Positions 51,282 through 63,720 of a stretch of DNA of 64,000 nucleotides are shown in pieces. The position numbers were made by a program, and so were the translations under genes. The notes under the pieces were generated by a model. That model did not search any database. It was not told where the DNA came from and saw nothing but the letters and a program-made list of their open reading frames with translations. Source of the stretch: Mobula birostris (Eukaryota); the NCBI RefSeq assembly GCF_030028105.1, contig NC_092371.1, forward strand, positions 97,119,064 through 97,183,063. The letters run 5' to 3'. The first letter of the stretch is position 1. Every line of letters begins with the position of its first letter.

Positions 51282-52256
51282 AGTGGATGTGGTATATTTG
51301 GATTTTCAAAAGGCTTTTGACAAGGCCCCACACAGGAGATTAGTGTGCAAACTTAAAGCACACGGTATTGGGGGTAAGGTATTGATGTGGATAGAGAATT
51401 GGTTGGCAGACAGGAGGCAAAGAGTGGGAATAAACGGGACCTTTTTAGAATGGCAGGCAGTGACTAGTGGGGTACCGCAAGGCTCAGTGCTGGGACCCCA
51501 GTTCTGTACAATATATATTAATGACTTGGATGAGGGAATTAAATGCAGCATCTCCAAGTTTGCGGATGACACGAAGCTGGGCGGCAGTGTTAGCTGTGAG
51601 GAAGATGCTAAGAGGACGCAGGGTGACTTGGATAGGTTAGGTGAGTGGGCAAATTCATGGCAGATGCAATTTAATGTGGATAAATGTGAGGTTATCCACT
51701 TCGGTGGCAAAAACAGGAAAACAGATTACTATCTGAATGGTGGCTGATTGGGAAAAGGGGAGGTGCAAAGAGAACTGGGTGTCATTATACACCAGTCATT
51801 GAAAGTGGGCATGCAGGTACAGCAGGCAGTGAAAAAGGCGAATGGGATGCTAGCATTCAAAGCAAGAGGATTCGAGTACAGGAGCAGGGAGGTACTACTG
51901 CAGTTGTACAAGAACTTGGTGAGACCACACCTGGAGTATTGTGTGCAGTTTTGGTCCCCTAATCTGAGGAAAGACATCCTTGCCATAGAAGGGAGTACAA
52001 AGAAGGTGCACCAGATTGATTCCTGGGATGGCAGGACTTTCAATTGATGAAAGACTGGATCGACTAGGCTTATACTCGTTGGAATTTAGAAGATTGAAGG
52101 GGGATCTTATTGAAACGTATAAAATCCTAAGGCATTGGGCAGGCTAGATGCGGGAAGTTTGTTCCCGATGTTGGGGAAGTGCAGAACGCGGGGTTACAGT
52201 TTGTGGATAAAGGGGAAGCCTTTTAGGACCGAGATGAGGAAAAAACTTCTTCACAC
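51282..52256 (+). mobile_element. Young CR1 RT fragment specific to unit D
   Basis: [45 protein letters not shown]. Host sequence resumes at a more distal homologous position, implying an associated deletion. Confidence 0.88.
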
Positions 52257-53540
52257 ATTTAAGAAACTCTTAGGCCAATGGAGGAAAGAAAAATGGCGGA
52301 TTACGTGGGAGGGAATGGTTAGACTGATTTTGGATTAAGTTAAAAGGTCGGCACAACATCGTGGGCAAAAGGCTTTTCTTTGCTTTCATACTAACAGCGT
52401 CTATTTACATATTTCTATGCATATATTACCTCTCCCTTATGCGGGAAGCTAAATCTATGAGCTGACCCACAGCCTGAAATGTATTGTTAAGGAAAATGCT
52501 CCTGTGATCCATCCCCAAAAGGATTTGGATCGGCTGTCATTTTTTTCATGGAAATGCCAACACTTTTCGATATTGTTACTGGGAGAATTCAATCCAGCTG
52601 CCCGAGCTCCATCTGCATTACCCATCGGTTCTATTTCCTGACGCTCCAAGTGTTGAGCAATGGAGTTGGAACTTACTGCACTATTTGACTTTTCCTTCGG
52701 GCCATACGCTTGAATGCGATTGTGAAGATGTTAGATAAAAAAGGAAGCCATGCATACATTAGATTTTATCCATTCCTGTTTATTTTTCTTTAAATCGTTT
52801 AAAAATTTAGTTACTGTTTGATTTTTTAATTGTTAAATGTATCTTAAGGATTTTAAACGTGTCTGAATGACAGAAAAAGATCAGAAATGTTGAATGAATG
52901 TTTGATAGTTTGAAATCAGCCAGGCCCTTTGACGAAAATCTTCAAGTACAGTTCGAAGGACGGGCTGTATTCTAGTCATTTTATCGTACGATCTGCCACA
53001 CAAACTGCATTCGTCCACCTGTCGTGCGGTAACTGAAATGCTTCGCGCACATAGTCTTTGTTGACGCGCAACTGGAATTTTCTTTGATATAATATGATTT
53101 TAAAGTACTGCGCAGTTCAGAGGCCGCGTAAGCATGTCCTGCTCAGAACAATGCTTGGCCTGTGCAGCTGTAAAAAAAGATACAGGGAACGCCTTAGGCC
53201 AAGGATATCGACCTTCCATATTCAGAGAAGGCAAGTCCAACGGCCTCAGTCTAGAGTGATTAATGAAGACAACGTAATATTATTTTCCCAAATACAATAA
53301 CCCTTTTATGAATTTTAATAATTGTTTGCAAACTTGCTCTTGCTGTTCTTTTCTTATCGAGATAAAGGCACTTGTATAACCAGTTAGAAAGACATGACTA
53401 CAATCCGTATTCTCATCTGCATGAACCTTATATTTTACGTTATTTATTGGACTGAAAGTCGTTTATTTTATGTTTAGGATACCGTTTTCGCGACCTACCT
53501 ACGATGGCCAAAGTGCTCTACATTTCATACTGAAAGCTAT

Positions 53541-54908
53541 AGAACACAGAACATGGAATAATACAGCACATTAAAGGCCCTTTAGCCCACATTGTGGTGC
53601 AGACCCTAAACCCTGCCTCCCATATAACCCCCACCTTAAATTCCTCCATATACCTGTCTAGTAGTCTCTTAAATTTTACTAGTGTATCTGCCTCCACCAC
53701 TGACTCAGGCAGTGTATTTCACGCACCAACCACTCTCTGAGTAAAAAACCTTCCTCTAACATCCCCCTTGAACTTCCCACCTCTTACCTTAATGCCATGT
53801 CCACTCGTATTGAGCAGTGGTGCCGTGGTGAAAAGCCGCTGGCTATCCACTCTATCTATTCCTCTTAATATCTTGTATAGCTCTATCATGTCTCCTATCA
53901 TCCTCCTTCTCTCTGAAGAGTAAAGCCGTAGCTCCCTTAATCTCTGATCATAATTCATACTCTCTAAACCAGGCAGCAACCTGGTAAATCTCCACTGTAC
54001 CTATTCCAATGCTTCCACATCCTTCCTATAGTGAGGCGACCAGAACTGGACACAGTACTCCAAGTGTGGCCTAACCAGAGTTTTATAGAGCTTCATCATT
54101 ACATCGCGACTCTTAAACTCTATCCCTCGACTTATGAAAGCTAACACCCCATAAGCTTTCTTAACTACCCTATCTACCTGTGAGGCAACTTTCAGGGATC
54201 TGTTGACATGTACCCCCAGATCCCTCTGCTCCTCCACACTACCAGGTATCCGGCCATTTACTTTGTACTCTGCCTTGGAGTTTGTCCTTCCAAAGTGTAC
54301 CACCTCACACTTCTCCGGGTTGAACTCCATCTGCCAGTTCTCAGCCCACTTCTGCAACCTATCAATATCTCTCTGCAGTCTTCGACAATCCTCTACACTA
54401 TCCACAACACCACCAACTTTTGAGTCATCTGCAAACTTGCCAACCCACCCTTCTACCCCCACATCCAGGTCGTTAATAAAAATCAGGAAAAGGAGAGGTC
54501 CCAGAACCGATCCTTGTGGGACACCACTAGTCATAACCCTCCAATCCGAATGTACTCCCTCCACCCCGACCCTCTGCTTTCTGAAAGCCAGTCAATTCCG
54601 AATCCACCTGGCCAAACTTCCCTGGATCTCATGCCTTCTGACTTTCTGAATAAGCCTACCGTGTGGAACCTTGTGAAATGCCTTACTAAAATCCATATAG
54701 ATCACACCAACTGCACTACCCTCATCTATATGCCTGGTCACCTCCTCAAAGAACTCTATCAGGCTTGTGAGACACACTCTGCCCTTCACAAAGCCATGCT
54801 GACTGTCCCTGATCAGACCATGATTCTCTAAATGTCTGTAGATCCTATCTCTAAGAATCTTTTCCAACAGCTTTCCCACCACTGACGTAAGGCTCACTGG
54901 TCTATAAA
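53541..54908 (-). mobile_element. 5'-truncated young CR1 specific to unit D
   Basis: 187-aa ORF with [10 protein letters not shown] and KFADDSK; 3' tail at the left end; empty site GCTATCATTATA at about 15880. Confidence 0.9.
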
Positions 54909-55065
54909 TCATTATATCAATTCTACAAACTGATGTACAAATGTCGCTGCGCTATCTTCGGTGCTTCACTGACGTGAAACCCGAAATAGCTTTAGATAAT
55001 CATCCACCGTCAGACTGTATTTACTATAAATGCTTTGGACTCCATTTGCAATGTTCAAGATGTTT

Positions 55066-55328
55066 AGGGGTAACATGAGGGGGAACTTCTTTACTCAGAG
55101 AGTGGTGGCTGTTTTGAACGAGCCTCCAGCAGAAGTGGTTGAGGCAGGTTCGATGTTGTCGTTTGAAGTTTAATTGGGTAGACAAATGGACAGGAAAGGA
55201 ATGGAGGGTTATGGACCGAGTGCAGGTCGGTGGGTCTAGGTGAGAGTAAGAGTTTGGCACGGACTAGGAGGGCCGAGATGCCCTGTTTCCGCGCTGTAAT
55301 TGTTATATGGTTATTTACATGGTTATAA
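55066..55328 (+). mobile_element. Short CR1 3' fragment
   Basis: GGGGAACTTCTTTACTCAGAGAG motif; GTTT duplicated at 55062-55065 and 55329-55332; absent from units A-C. Confidence 0.75.
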
Positions 55329-56030
55329 GTTTGAAATATGGGTTGTTATGTACCGTAAGCCGAAATCACCTCAAATGAAACCTGCAGTTCTGAAGAACAC
55401 TTGAGCAAAAATGTAATTAGTTTGAACTCTAAGTGCTACTCTTTCTGCGCCGCTGCTTACATAGGGTTCACAAGCCTTTGTCCCCCTGAATATGACCAGC
55501 TGTAGAAAGACTATTTCCATGAACAATACAATGCTGAAATTGGAAATCTAATATGCCTACGATGTTTAAATAAAGGCAATATCAGGATTTCTTTTAATAT
55601 ATATGGAAATTTCGCTGACAATTAATTACCCCACTTGTCCTGATGTAGCCATAGTGATTACGGTTAGTTCAGGTGGAAAATCTGCTCAAGAACTACCACA
55701 ACGTTAAAACGACATTGTCTATTTTATTTAATTGAGTTCCAAAGTTTGATCATCCTCACTATCTAAGCAAACTTTTGAAAAATGATGCTCTTGTCCGACA
55801 TATTGAAAAAGGCAAAACGCCACTGTAGATTGGGTAGATTTTAATTACTGTGGGATAAAATTACATTGATATTATTAATTTCAGAATGAATTCAATTTAA
55901 GAATGCCCAGCAGGACGCAATGCATATTTTCTGCCGATGGAAAAATGTGTCAGCTACAATAGAAAATGTAATATCTGAACATGAAATTCATTTGTTTTAT
56001 TTTAAAGAATCAGCGTATAAACATATTGTA

Positions 56031-56353
56031 TTACATACAGCTGGATCGCGCGATGTTTGTTTGAAATGGGGTTGCCTGAGACTCGTGTTTAACCACACAG
56101 GAGTAATGCTCGTGTGAGTTCCAGTCTGAGGCTGGCAGAGTCAGGTAACTGCTCGCACTGAACGTGTTGTCCTTGTCCTGCTGGATCCGGCTGGTCTCAA
56201 CGCCATTCCTTCTCGTACTGCCGTCCACCGTCCACTCGATATTCACAGCAGCCGGATTAAACCCGCTCACCAAACACACCAGGGTGGCGGTGCCCTGTCC
56301 CTGAATTTCCTCCGCAGACGGTCGGAGAACGGATACAGCGGGTTTTCGCGGAT
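56031..56353 (-). CDS. IGLC: Ig lambda-like (type II/NS3) light chain constant exon, unit D
   Basis: TTACAG|AT acceptor, phase 1, compatible with the J donor; 323-nt intact C1-set domain ending SSCM*; AATAAA at 55996-56001. Confidence 0.95.
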
Positions 56354-58389
56354 CTGTAAGTAGAAAGAAGTGCAGGGAAATGAATTATTAATTGATATAA
56401 ATTGGAATCAAACTTTGTCTTTTTTTTTGTATTTGCGATTTTACAACCGTAAAAGTCAGAACGCGGACACAACTGAATCTCATTAACGCATTTTGATCTT
56501 CCACAAAGACATCAAAGCCAAAAAACATCATGGCCATTAGAAATAGCTACAATGTAAAAGAAAGAGAAGGATTTTTAAAGAACAGCAAAATTCAAAGCAA
56601 TGAAATAACGAATTCCGATGGAATGGGAAAACAAAATCCGATTGTACAGGCTTCTGGACAATAGCGTACAGAACCCATCTATTCGGCTGCATTGCTTCCC
56701 GCATCGTTATCGTAACTGCAACTCAGAACCACCGCTTCTACTGCAAGGCGAATTCAGGCACTGAGATCATGAAAGCCAAGAAACCCATGAACGTCAGTGT
56801 TTAATTCCCTGGCAAACATGCTGATGTTTAATCCAAATTTCAATATATCGAGATTGCTGAAGAGAGTTCGTCCGAAATTTCGATCGCTTTAAGTCACAAT
56901 TCACACATGCATTGATATACCTGGAGTAGTTTTGCTTTGCAGATCAAAGAAAATAATATTACTCTTAAATGTGTTTTGTCCTGTTGTGGACTTGGATTTC
57001 AGAGGTTGAGCCAATTGTTCTAAGGCCGAGGTAGAATATGAGGTACAGATTTCAACGGTAGCAAGTTTTGCCGTTTAGGTTTAGGATATGTCACCATACC
57101 GTTGAATGACCAGCCGACCCCAGCTTTGCCTTTGCGTGATTAATTCAATACGAAATGCTAATGCACGTTATCATGAAAGATGAGTCACGAAATCCAATTA
57201 CTCTAGCATCACTCAGAGGAAAGAAGAAATTTCTGAGACTGAATTACTTGGAATTGACAGCCAGTGTGCATTGCTGTTAACCCAAGCCAGTGCCAAGAGT
57301 TCTGCGCTTCATCATGAAATACTCTCCAATATACATAAGATATACTATATACATCCCGCGATACCCTGATCCAATCTGATGTAATCATCCTATAGTTAAT
57401 ATCGTGACAGATTATTGACATGTTCCATGATGTTAAAATCGTAAAGACAGGAATCATAGAACCAACAAGAAACCCCGAAAGAGATTTGGAAGAGCGCGTG
57501 GCAAAACTCCGAAATGTCGTCGCAGCTATTTTTACGTAAAAATCAAGAAATGAGGCAGTGGATTTGATTGACATACTGTGCCTTTGTCTCTCCTCCTCGG
57601 AGATGCAACAATTCGCCGCAGTAAAGGAGGGAATGTGAATGGCTAAAAATCATGGAAATATTTTAATCGGAATAAATAATACAAGTTAAAGTTGTATACA
57701 TGGATTTTTTAGTTTTTAGTCCCACAATTAATTCCGAAAGGGTTGTTTGGACCGGGATAATACACACTGAAAGAAAACCCGATAACCACTCTCAGAGGAC
57801 TATGAGATCCAGAAGGATGTGGATATCTTAGTCACGGTTTTGATAATGATTTTTTTTCATAAATTTGAAAAGTTGAACCCATTCACACAATGAGATATCA
57901 AGACTACAGAACAGAATTTACAAAGAGATCATTTTACTGTCACATCTCGACGGAAAGCGCGGCGGCAAGACAGAGAAGTTAAAGAGTGATTTTCCAGTGT
58001 TTCAGACCTCAGAGTGGTTATTCAAGGAGAAATCACTCAGTACTGTAATGATTGGATATCCAAAAATTAGAAGGAAGCAAATACTCAGTGGACTGTGGCA
58101 CTGGAGAGTTTTGAAATGCAAACAAAAAGGTGGGCCGAGTGATAATTTGATATTAAAGCGGAGACACATACACTGAGACGTTGCAGAAGGTCAAACAAAC
58201 TGGTGAGGCTGAGGTGGGCTCTGGGATGGGGTCGTGATGAAGACGAATTTGGGAGAAGCTAGAACGGGGCACCAGAATCTTGATCGGTTAATAGGTTTAG
58301 AAAAAGAGGAGCTAAAGTAAACGTGAAAAGATCAAGTTGAGCAAACAGAGATCGAAATTAGGCATAGATGGAAATTAAACACAAGTGAG

Positions 58390-59860
58390 AGTAGTTGCTA
58401 TGACGAAGGAGAAGGAGCTTGGGATGCTGAAAGGTCTGAAGTTAGATAGGTCACCAAGCTAGAAGGACTACACTCCAGGATTTTGAAGGCAGTAGCTGGA
58501 TAGATCATGGAGGCATTAGCAACATCTTTCAAGAATGGGCCCATGGGTCCGGAGGATTTGAAAATCACAAATATTAGTCCACATTCTAGGAAGAGAGGAA
58601 GGCGAAAGACAAGAAATTACGGGCCAATTACCCTGATGTCAGTTGTTGCCAAGATGCTAGAATCCATTAGTAAGGACGAAATTTCAGGCCAATTGGTACT
58701 TGTAGACAAATTTGCTGACATTCCTTGGGAAAATACCAGGGAGGATAAACAAATGAGAGCCAGTGAACGGTGATAACTTTGATTTTTGGAAGGCCATGGA
58801 GAAGGAGTCACTCATCAGGCTGCCTAACAGGTTAAGAGCACATGATGTTACAGCAAAGGTACAAGCAAGGATGGAGCATTGTCTGACTGGCAGGAGAAAA
58901 GCGTGAAGATAATCTTTTCTGGCTGGCTACCGGTGACTAGTGGTGTTCTGCAAGGATTCGTGTTGACTCCACTACGTCACATGCTAAAAATTAATGATCT
59001 GAATGACGGGTTTATGGATTTGTGGACACGTTTGCGGATGATGCAAAGATAGGTGGAGGAGCAGGCAGTGTTGAGGTAGTAGGAGTCCCCAGAAGGATCT
59101 TGACGGATCAGGAGAATGGGCAGAGGAATGGCAGATGGAATACAGTGTAGGAAATAGTATGGTCGTGCACTATGGCAGAAGGAATAAAGGTACAGACTTC
59201 TTTCTGAACGAGGACCGAATTAAGAAGTCGGAGGTGCAAGGGGATTTGAAAATCCTCGTGCAAGATTCCCTAATTGTTAACTTGCAAGCAAGAGCAAGGT
59301 TAGTATTCACTTTGAGATGAGTGGAATGTAAAAGCAAGGAGACAATGCCAAGGTTTCAAAAGACATTTGTCAGACCACATTTAGAGAATTGTGAGCAGTT
59401 TTGGGCTACATATCTAAGAAAGTTTGTGCTGGCATTGGAGAGGGACCAGAGGAGGTTTACAGGAATGTTCCCGAAAATGAAAGAGTTAAAGTATAAAGTA
59501 TTTGATGGCCCTGAGTCTGTACACGCTGCAGTTCAGAAAAATGTGAGGGGATCTCATTTTATCTTACCGAATACTGAAAGACCTAGATTGAGAGGAAGTT
59601 GGAGGATACTCCCTATAGTGCGAGAGTCTAGACCTGAGAGTGGTGAATCTGTGGAATATGTTGCCAAAGGAGGCTGTGAAGACCACGTCTTTGGGTATTT
59701 TTAAAACGGCGTTTTATAGTTTCTTGATTAGTAATGACATCAAAAGTTACGGAGAGAAGACAGTAGAATGGGTTTGAGAAAAAATAAACCAGCGATGATC
59801 GAATGGCGGAGCAGACCCGTTAGGTAGAATTTCCTAATCCTGCTCCTTTGTTTTAAGATC
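58390..59860 (+). mobile_element. Degenerate CR1 fragment in the unit D J-C intron
   Basis: RNYGPITLMS and RPHLENCEQFWATYLRK motifs. Confidence 0.75.
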
Positions 59861-60516
59861 TTATGTAAGTAGAAATTCTCTATTGCAATTCGTTTACATT
59901 CACAGCTCTGCTCTTGTCCCCATGAAGCTTCAGGTTCAGGATAAAATTTATTGGCAGTCAACTGTATACACGTATATGGTCAAACATAGCAACGTTCTTG
60001 GAGACCAAGGTGCACAACACTGTACATATAACTCAAGCACAACAATATAGTAATATTAGCATAAATAATAAAAAAAATAACAAAATGCATTCAGGACGAT
60101 TGGCATTCAGATCCCTCATATAAGCACTTGCTGGCTCTAAACACGACCTTACCTCTGCTATCTAATGGAAAACCTCACAGTTGTGAATATATTTTAATAA
60201 ATCACTTCTCTGTTCCCTGGGAAACTTCTAAGGAAACCTCGCTAACAGCAAGTAGCATGTATTCACGAAGCTATTTAAAAAATCTTACTTCAATGAACTC
60301 AGGTTTTTTAGAAAATAGTTTTCAGCTAAATTAAGTAACACTACCAAGCAAAGAAGATGCATATGTGCTAGCTTTCTGCCTGCGGTATTGTAGAGCTGCA
60401 ATGGGAAGCGGTCTGTAAACAGGTTCGGAGAACAGATAACATTATTCCAAGGTACAAACGAAAGAAATAACAAACAAAATTTAAACGCGATCTCAGCCCA
60501 CCAAATATTAACTTAC

Positions 60517-60864
60517 TGTTGAAATTCAGTCTGGTTCCTCTCCCAAAGGTGAATCTGTATATGCTATTGTCCCAGACACCACAGTAATAATCGGCGGCGT
60601 CCTGCCATTGCACGTTGGTGATGGTTAAAAGCATTTGGTTGCTCGATGAGTCCGTGGAACCGGTGAATCGATCTGGAATTCCTGATCCTCTCGTGGAGCT
60701 TCCATACAACACAAACACTGGGGCGCTGCCGGGTTTCTGCATGTACCAGCTCCTGTAGTAGCTGCCGATGCTGCCCCCTGACATGGTACAAATGATTTTC
60801 ACGGTTCTACCCGGAGACGCCGATACAGACGGAGATTGAGTCAAAGTCATCTCCGCGTTTGCAG
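60517..60864 (-). CDS. IGLV: Germline-joined VJ exon of an Ig lambda-like (type II/NS3) light chain, intact
   Basis: CCAG|CT acceptor; [54 protein letters not shown]; A|GTAAGT donor; no RSS or spacer between V and J. Confidence 0.95.
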
Positions 60865-60955
60865 CTGGCGAAAATAACAAACAATTATTTAAAAACCTTA
60901 AGTAAAATACACAGCAGAAAGGACAGTATTGGCAAAGATTAAGCATTCTACTTAC

Positions 60956-61004
60956 TGAACAAACAGAAAACAAGCGCGGCTAGAACCTGGACCCATTTAG
61001 CCAT
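60956..61004 (-). CDS. Leader exon ([16 protein letters not shown]) of the unit D light chain
   Basis: ATG at 61004; hydrophobic signal core; A|GTAAGT donor; 91-nt intron. Spliced CDS 49+348+323 = 720 nt (239 aa plus stop). Confidence 0.92.
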
Positions 61005-61101
61005 CGTGAAGCAGAAAAGACGAATCGGAAGTCAAAAGCTTTCGGACACAAGTCCTGTTCAGGGCTGTTTCGAAGCTGCTCCTTAAGAACTGTAGAAGAT
61101 G

Positions 61102-61132
61102 CGACGTCACTGAACTATATATTCATGCACAT
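61102..61132 (-). promoter_or_regulatory. V promoter: octamer-like ATGTGCAT (61125-61132), TATA-like AATATATA, CRE-like TGACGTCG (61102-61109)
   Basis: Position about 100-130 nt upstream of the ATG; each motif has one mismatch to consensus. Confidence 0.6.
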
Positions 61133-63720
61133 CTCTACTCACGAACGAATTGGATCTTTATTTCAGGAAATAGGCGGGGCAACTATGTCAATGATGCTGA
61201 GGTCGAGAGGGTTGAGATATTCAAGTTCCGTGGAGTGGACATCACCAACAACCCATCCTGGTCCAACCACGTAGATATCAGGGCAAAGAGCGCTCACCGG
61301 CGCCACTACTTCCTCGGGAGTCTAACTTTGATCCTCACCAAATTTATCGATGAATTCTGTCTAGATGGAGCACGGCTGGGTATGGTATCTACAGAGAGTT
61401 GTTTATAGAGCTCAGCACATCACGGAAGCCAACTCCTCACTATGGACACTGTATACACTTTTCACTGCCTCGCCAAAGCAGCCAATATAAGCAAAGACGT
61501 CATCCATCACCGACATCCTCTCTTCTCCCTCATCCCATCGGGCAGAAGATCCAAAAGCCTTAAAGACACATACCACCAGGCTCACAGACAGCGTCTATCT
61601 TTCTGTTATGTGACCACTGAATGTTTCCCTACTGAGATCAGATAGACTCTTGACCTCACAATCTACGTCGTTATGCCCTTGCACCTTACTGTCTACCTGC
61701 ACTGCACTTTCTCTGTAACTGTAACACTTTATTCTGCGCACTGTGCTGTCAAATTGCACTGATGAACTGATCTGCATGAATGACCTGCAAGTTAAGCTGT
61801 TCACTGCACCTCGGTAAATGTAACAACAATAAAAATAATTTGAAAATTTAGCAATTTACGTGATATCATCACCGATTCACAGGGTCACTGTCGACTGATA
61901 TTTACACATTTCCATCCAACCCTAAAACTCCCTTCCCCCAACACAAATGTCCAGAAGGGAAATATACTGGCGGTGTGACATAATGGGAAGAAACGGCTGA
62001 AGTACTGTAGCTTGAGGTTGCCATGGTCCCGAATAGCTCAGGGCAAGAAGGTCTGCATCTGTCCAGAAATACGAAGCGATGAATATACAACAGGCAAACA
62101 GAAAGACTGATTATTGCGAGAAAACAGAAATGTTATGAGGAAAGCTTAGAAGGAATCTGAGTAATGTCTCTTTGACGTACCCTCTCTGCGATAGCACTGT
62201 ATGAACTTTGCAGCAAGTCCCTTTACCTCTTTTAGCTCCTGCTTGAACGAGAGTTAAACCTATAAAGAGTAGAGTAGTTGTAGGGCAAAGAAGGATTTGT
62301 AAAATCGATGCAGCGGAGCAGACAGACAGGCGAGGAGGTTGGTGTTTGAACAATCCCGACTTGCTATTTCCCGAATGTATCTTGGAAAATCATCCTCATG
62401 TTTCTGCTATTCTACACCCTCGTCTCCGAAGTGGAAAGTATCATTAATATAATCAACAGAATATTGTGTAAAACTGCTCGTGTAAAAGCTTTCCCGTCTT
62501 CCGTGCTATACGTTTACAACGTCAATGTAAAACGCCTTGAAGATTAAGTATTACAATGCATTCAAAGTGTTTACTGTACCGATGAGCTGAAGTGCTTGTG
62601 ATGGTGGACAGACAACGCAACTGTTCAGCGTTTCACCAGAGTGGCCGGAAAGGAGAGAGTGCTGTAGTGTAAACATGATACTTCGAGTATCGATGGATAA
62701 TTATTCAGATTTTCAGCAGTAGTTTCCCCTTTGCAGTGATTCAGTGAGACTCAACACGCCGCTGGTCTTAGATTGATTGCTTTGTATTTTGTATGATGTT
62801 GAGACGTAAAATACAGAGAGTAGTAAAGGATTGGATTAGCGTGTCCTATTTTATTAGAGTCCGGCAACACTGTTCGGTATTAAATGGAAAATTTCCTGTA
62901 TCCTGCAGCGCCAGATATCTGATGCAACAATTGTCGCTCGTGTTTGATCGGAAATATTTCCCGATATTTGCATGATTTTCATTAGCCATTTTTTCCTACC
63001 GGTGCTCTTCGTCGCTGTTTTCTGTTTTCTATTGATTCCGAGATTCCCATAACCTTCATACTTACCCATGATGACCCGTTGTTAGATCCTGCAACGGTAA
63101 ATTCATCAGCATTTTTATTTGAGTGCTGCGGTATGGGAATGTCAGTTTGTTAAAGATAACATTCATTCTAGAGTAATGACTTCAGTGAAACCATTTTGGG
63201 AAATTGATGCAGTGCACAGTCGCTGGAATTTTATGAGTTCAAGTCTTACATGAAATATGGGCATTAAATGATGCAACACTTCCACCTACTGGCGCACATG
63301 ACACATGAACCAGTATAATGTGATATTTACCATGTGCTTCACTGTAGGCACATGGATATGGAGATCATTTGCGATTTTGAATTGCCACTTCTCTTGATGC
63401 AAGTATGGAATCACATGACATTGAGGGTGACTGGGGCCAGGAATCAAATGGATCCTCATTAAAATAAAACCTACTTGTTCAGTAATATTCTTCTGTCACG
63501 TCATACTTTGCAAACGAAGTAGCCCCCTCGGCTCTCTAGCCTGATCTTCCAATTAATAAAATTGCGGCTGATTCAAATGGAATCTCCGCTCCTAATTCCT
63601 TCTTAATGTTCTTTGGTTGGCGCTACAACATGTTCTTCTAAAATATTCCAAAACATTTAATGAGCACCTCACAGACTTTCACCCATCTGTTTACTTTGTA
63701 GTATGATTCCAAATATGTGT

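Noticed and set aside
60580-60586. CACAGTA cryptic heptamer at the YYC codons (also in unit C) as a functional RSS for V replacement
   Set aside because: No nonamer at 12- or 23-nt spacing and no RSS-bearing donor segment seen in the window.
60368-60973. 201-aa ORF taken as the protein product
   Set aside because: It reads through the leader intron and the J-C intron; canonical splice sites define the real exons.
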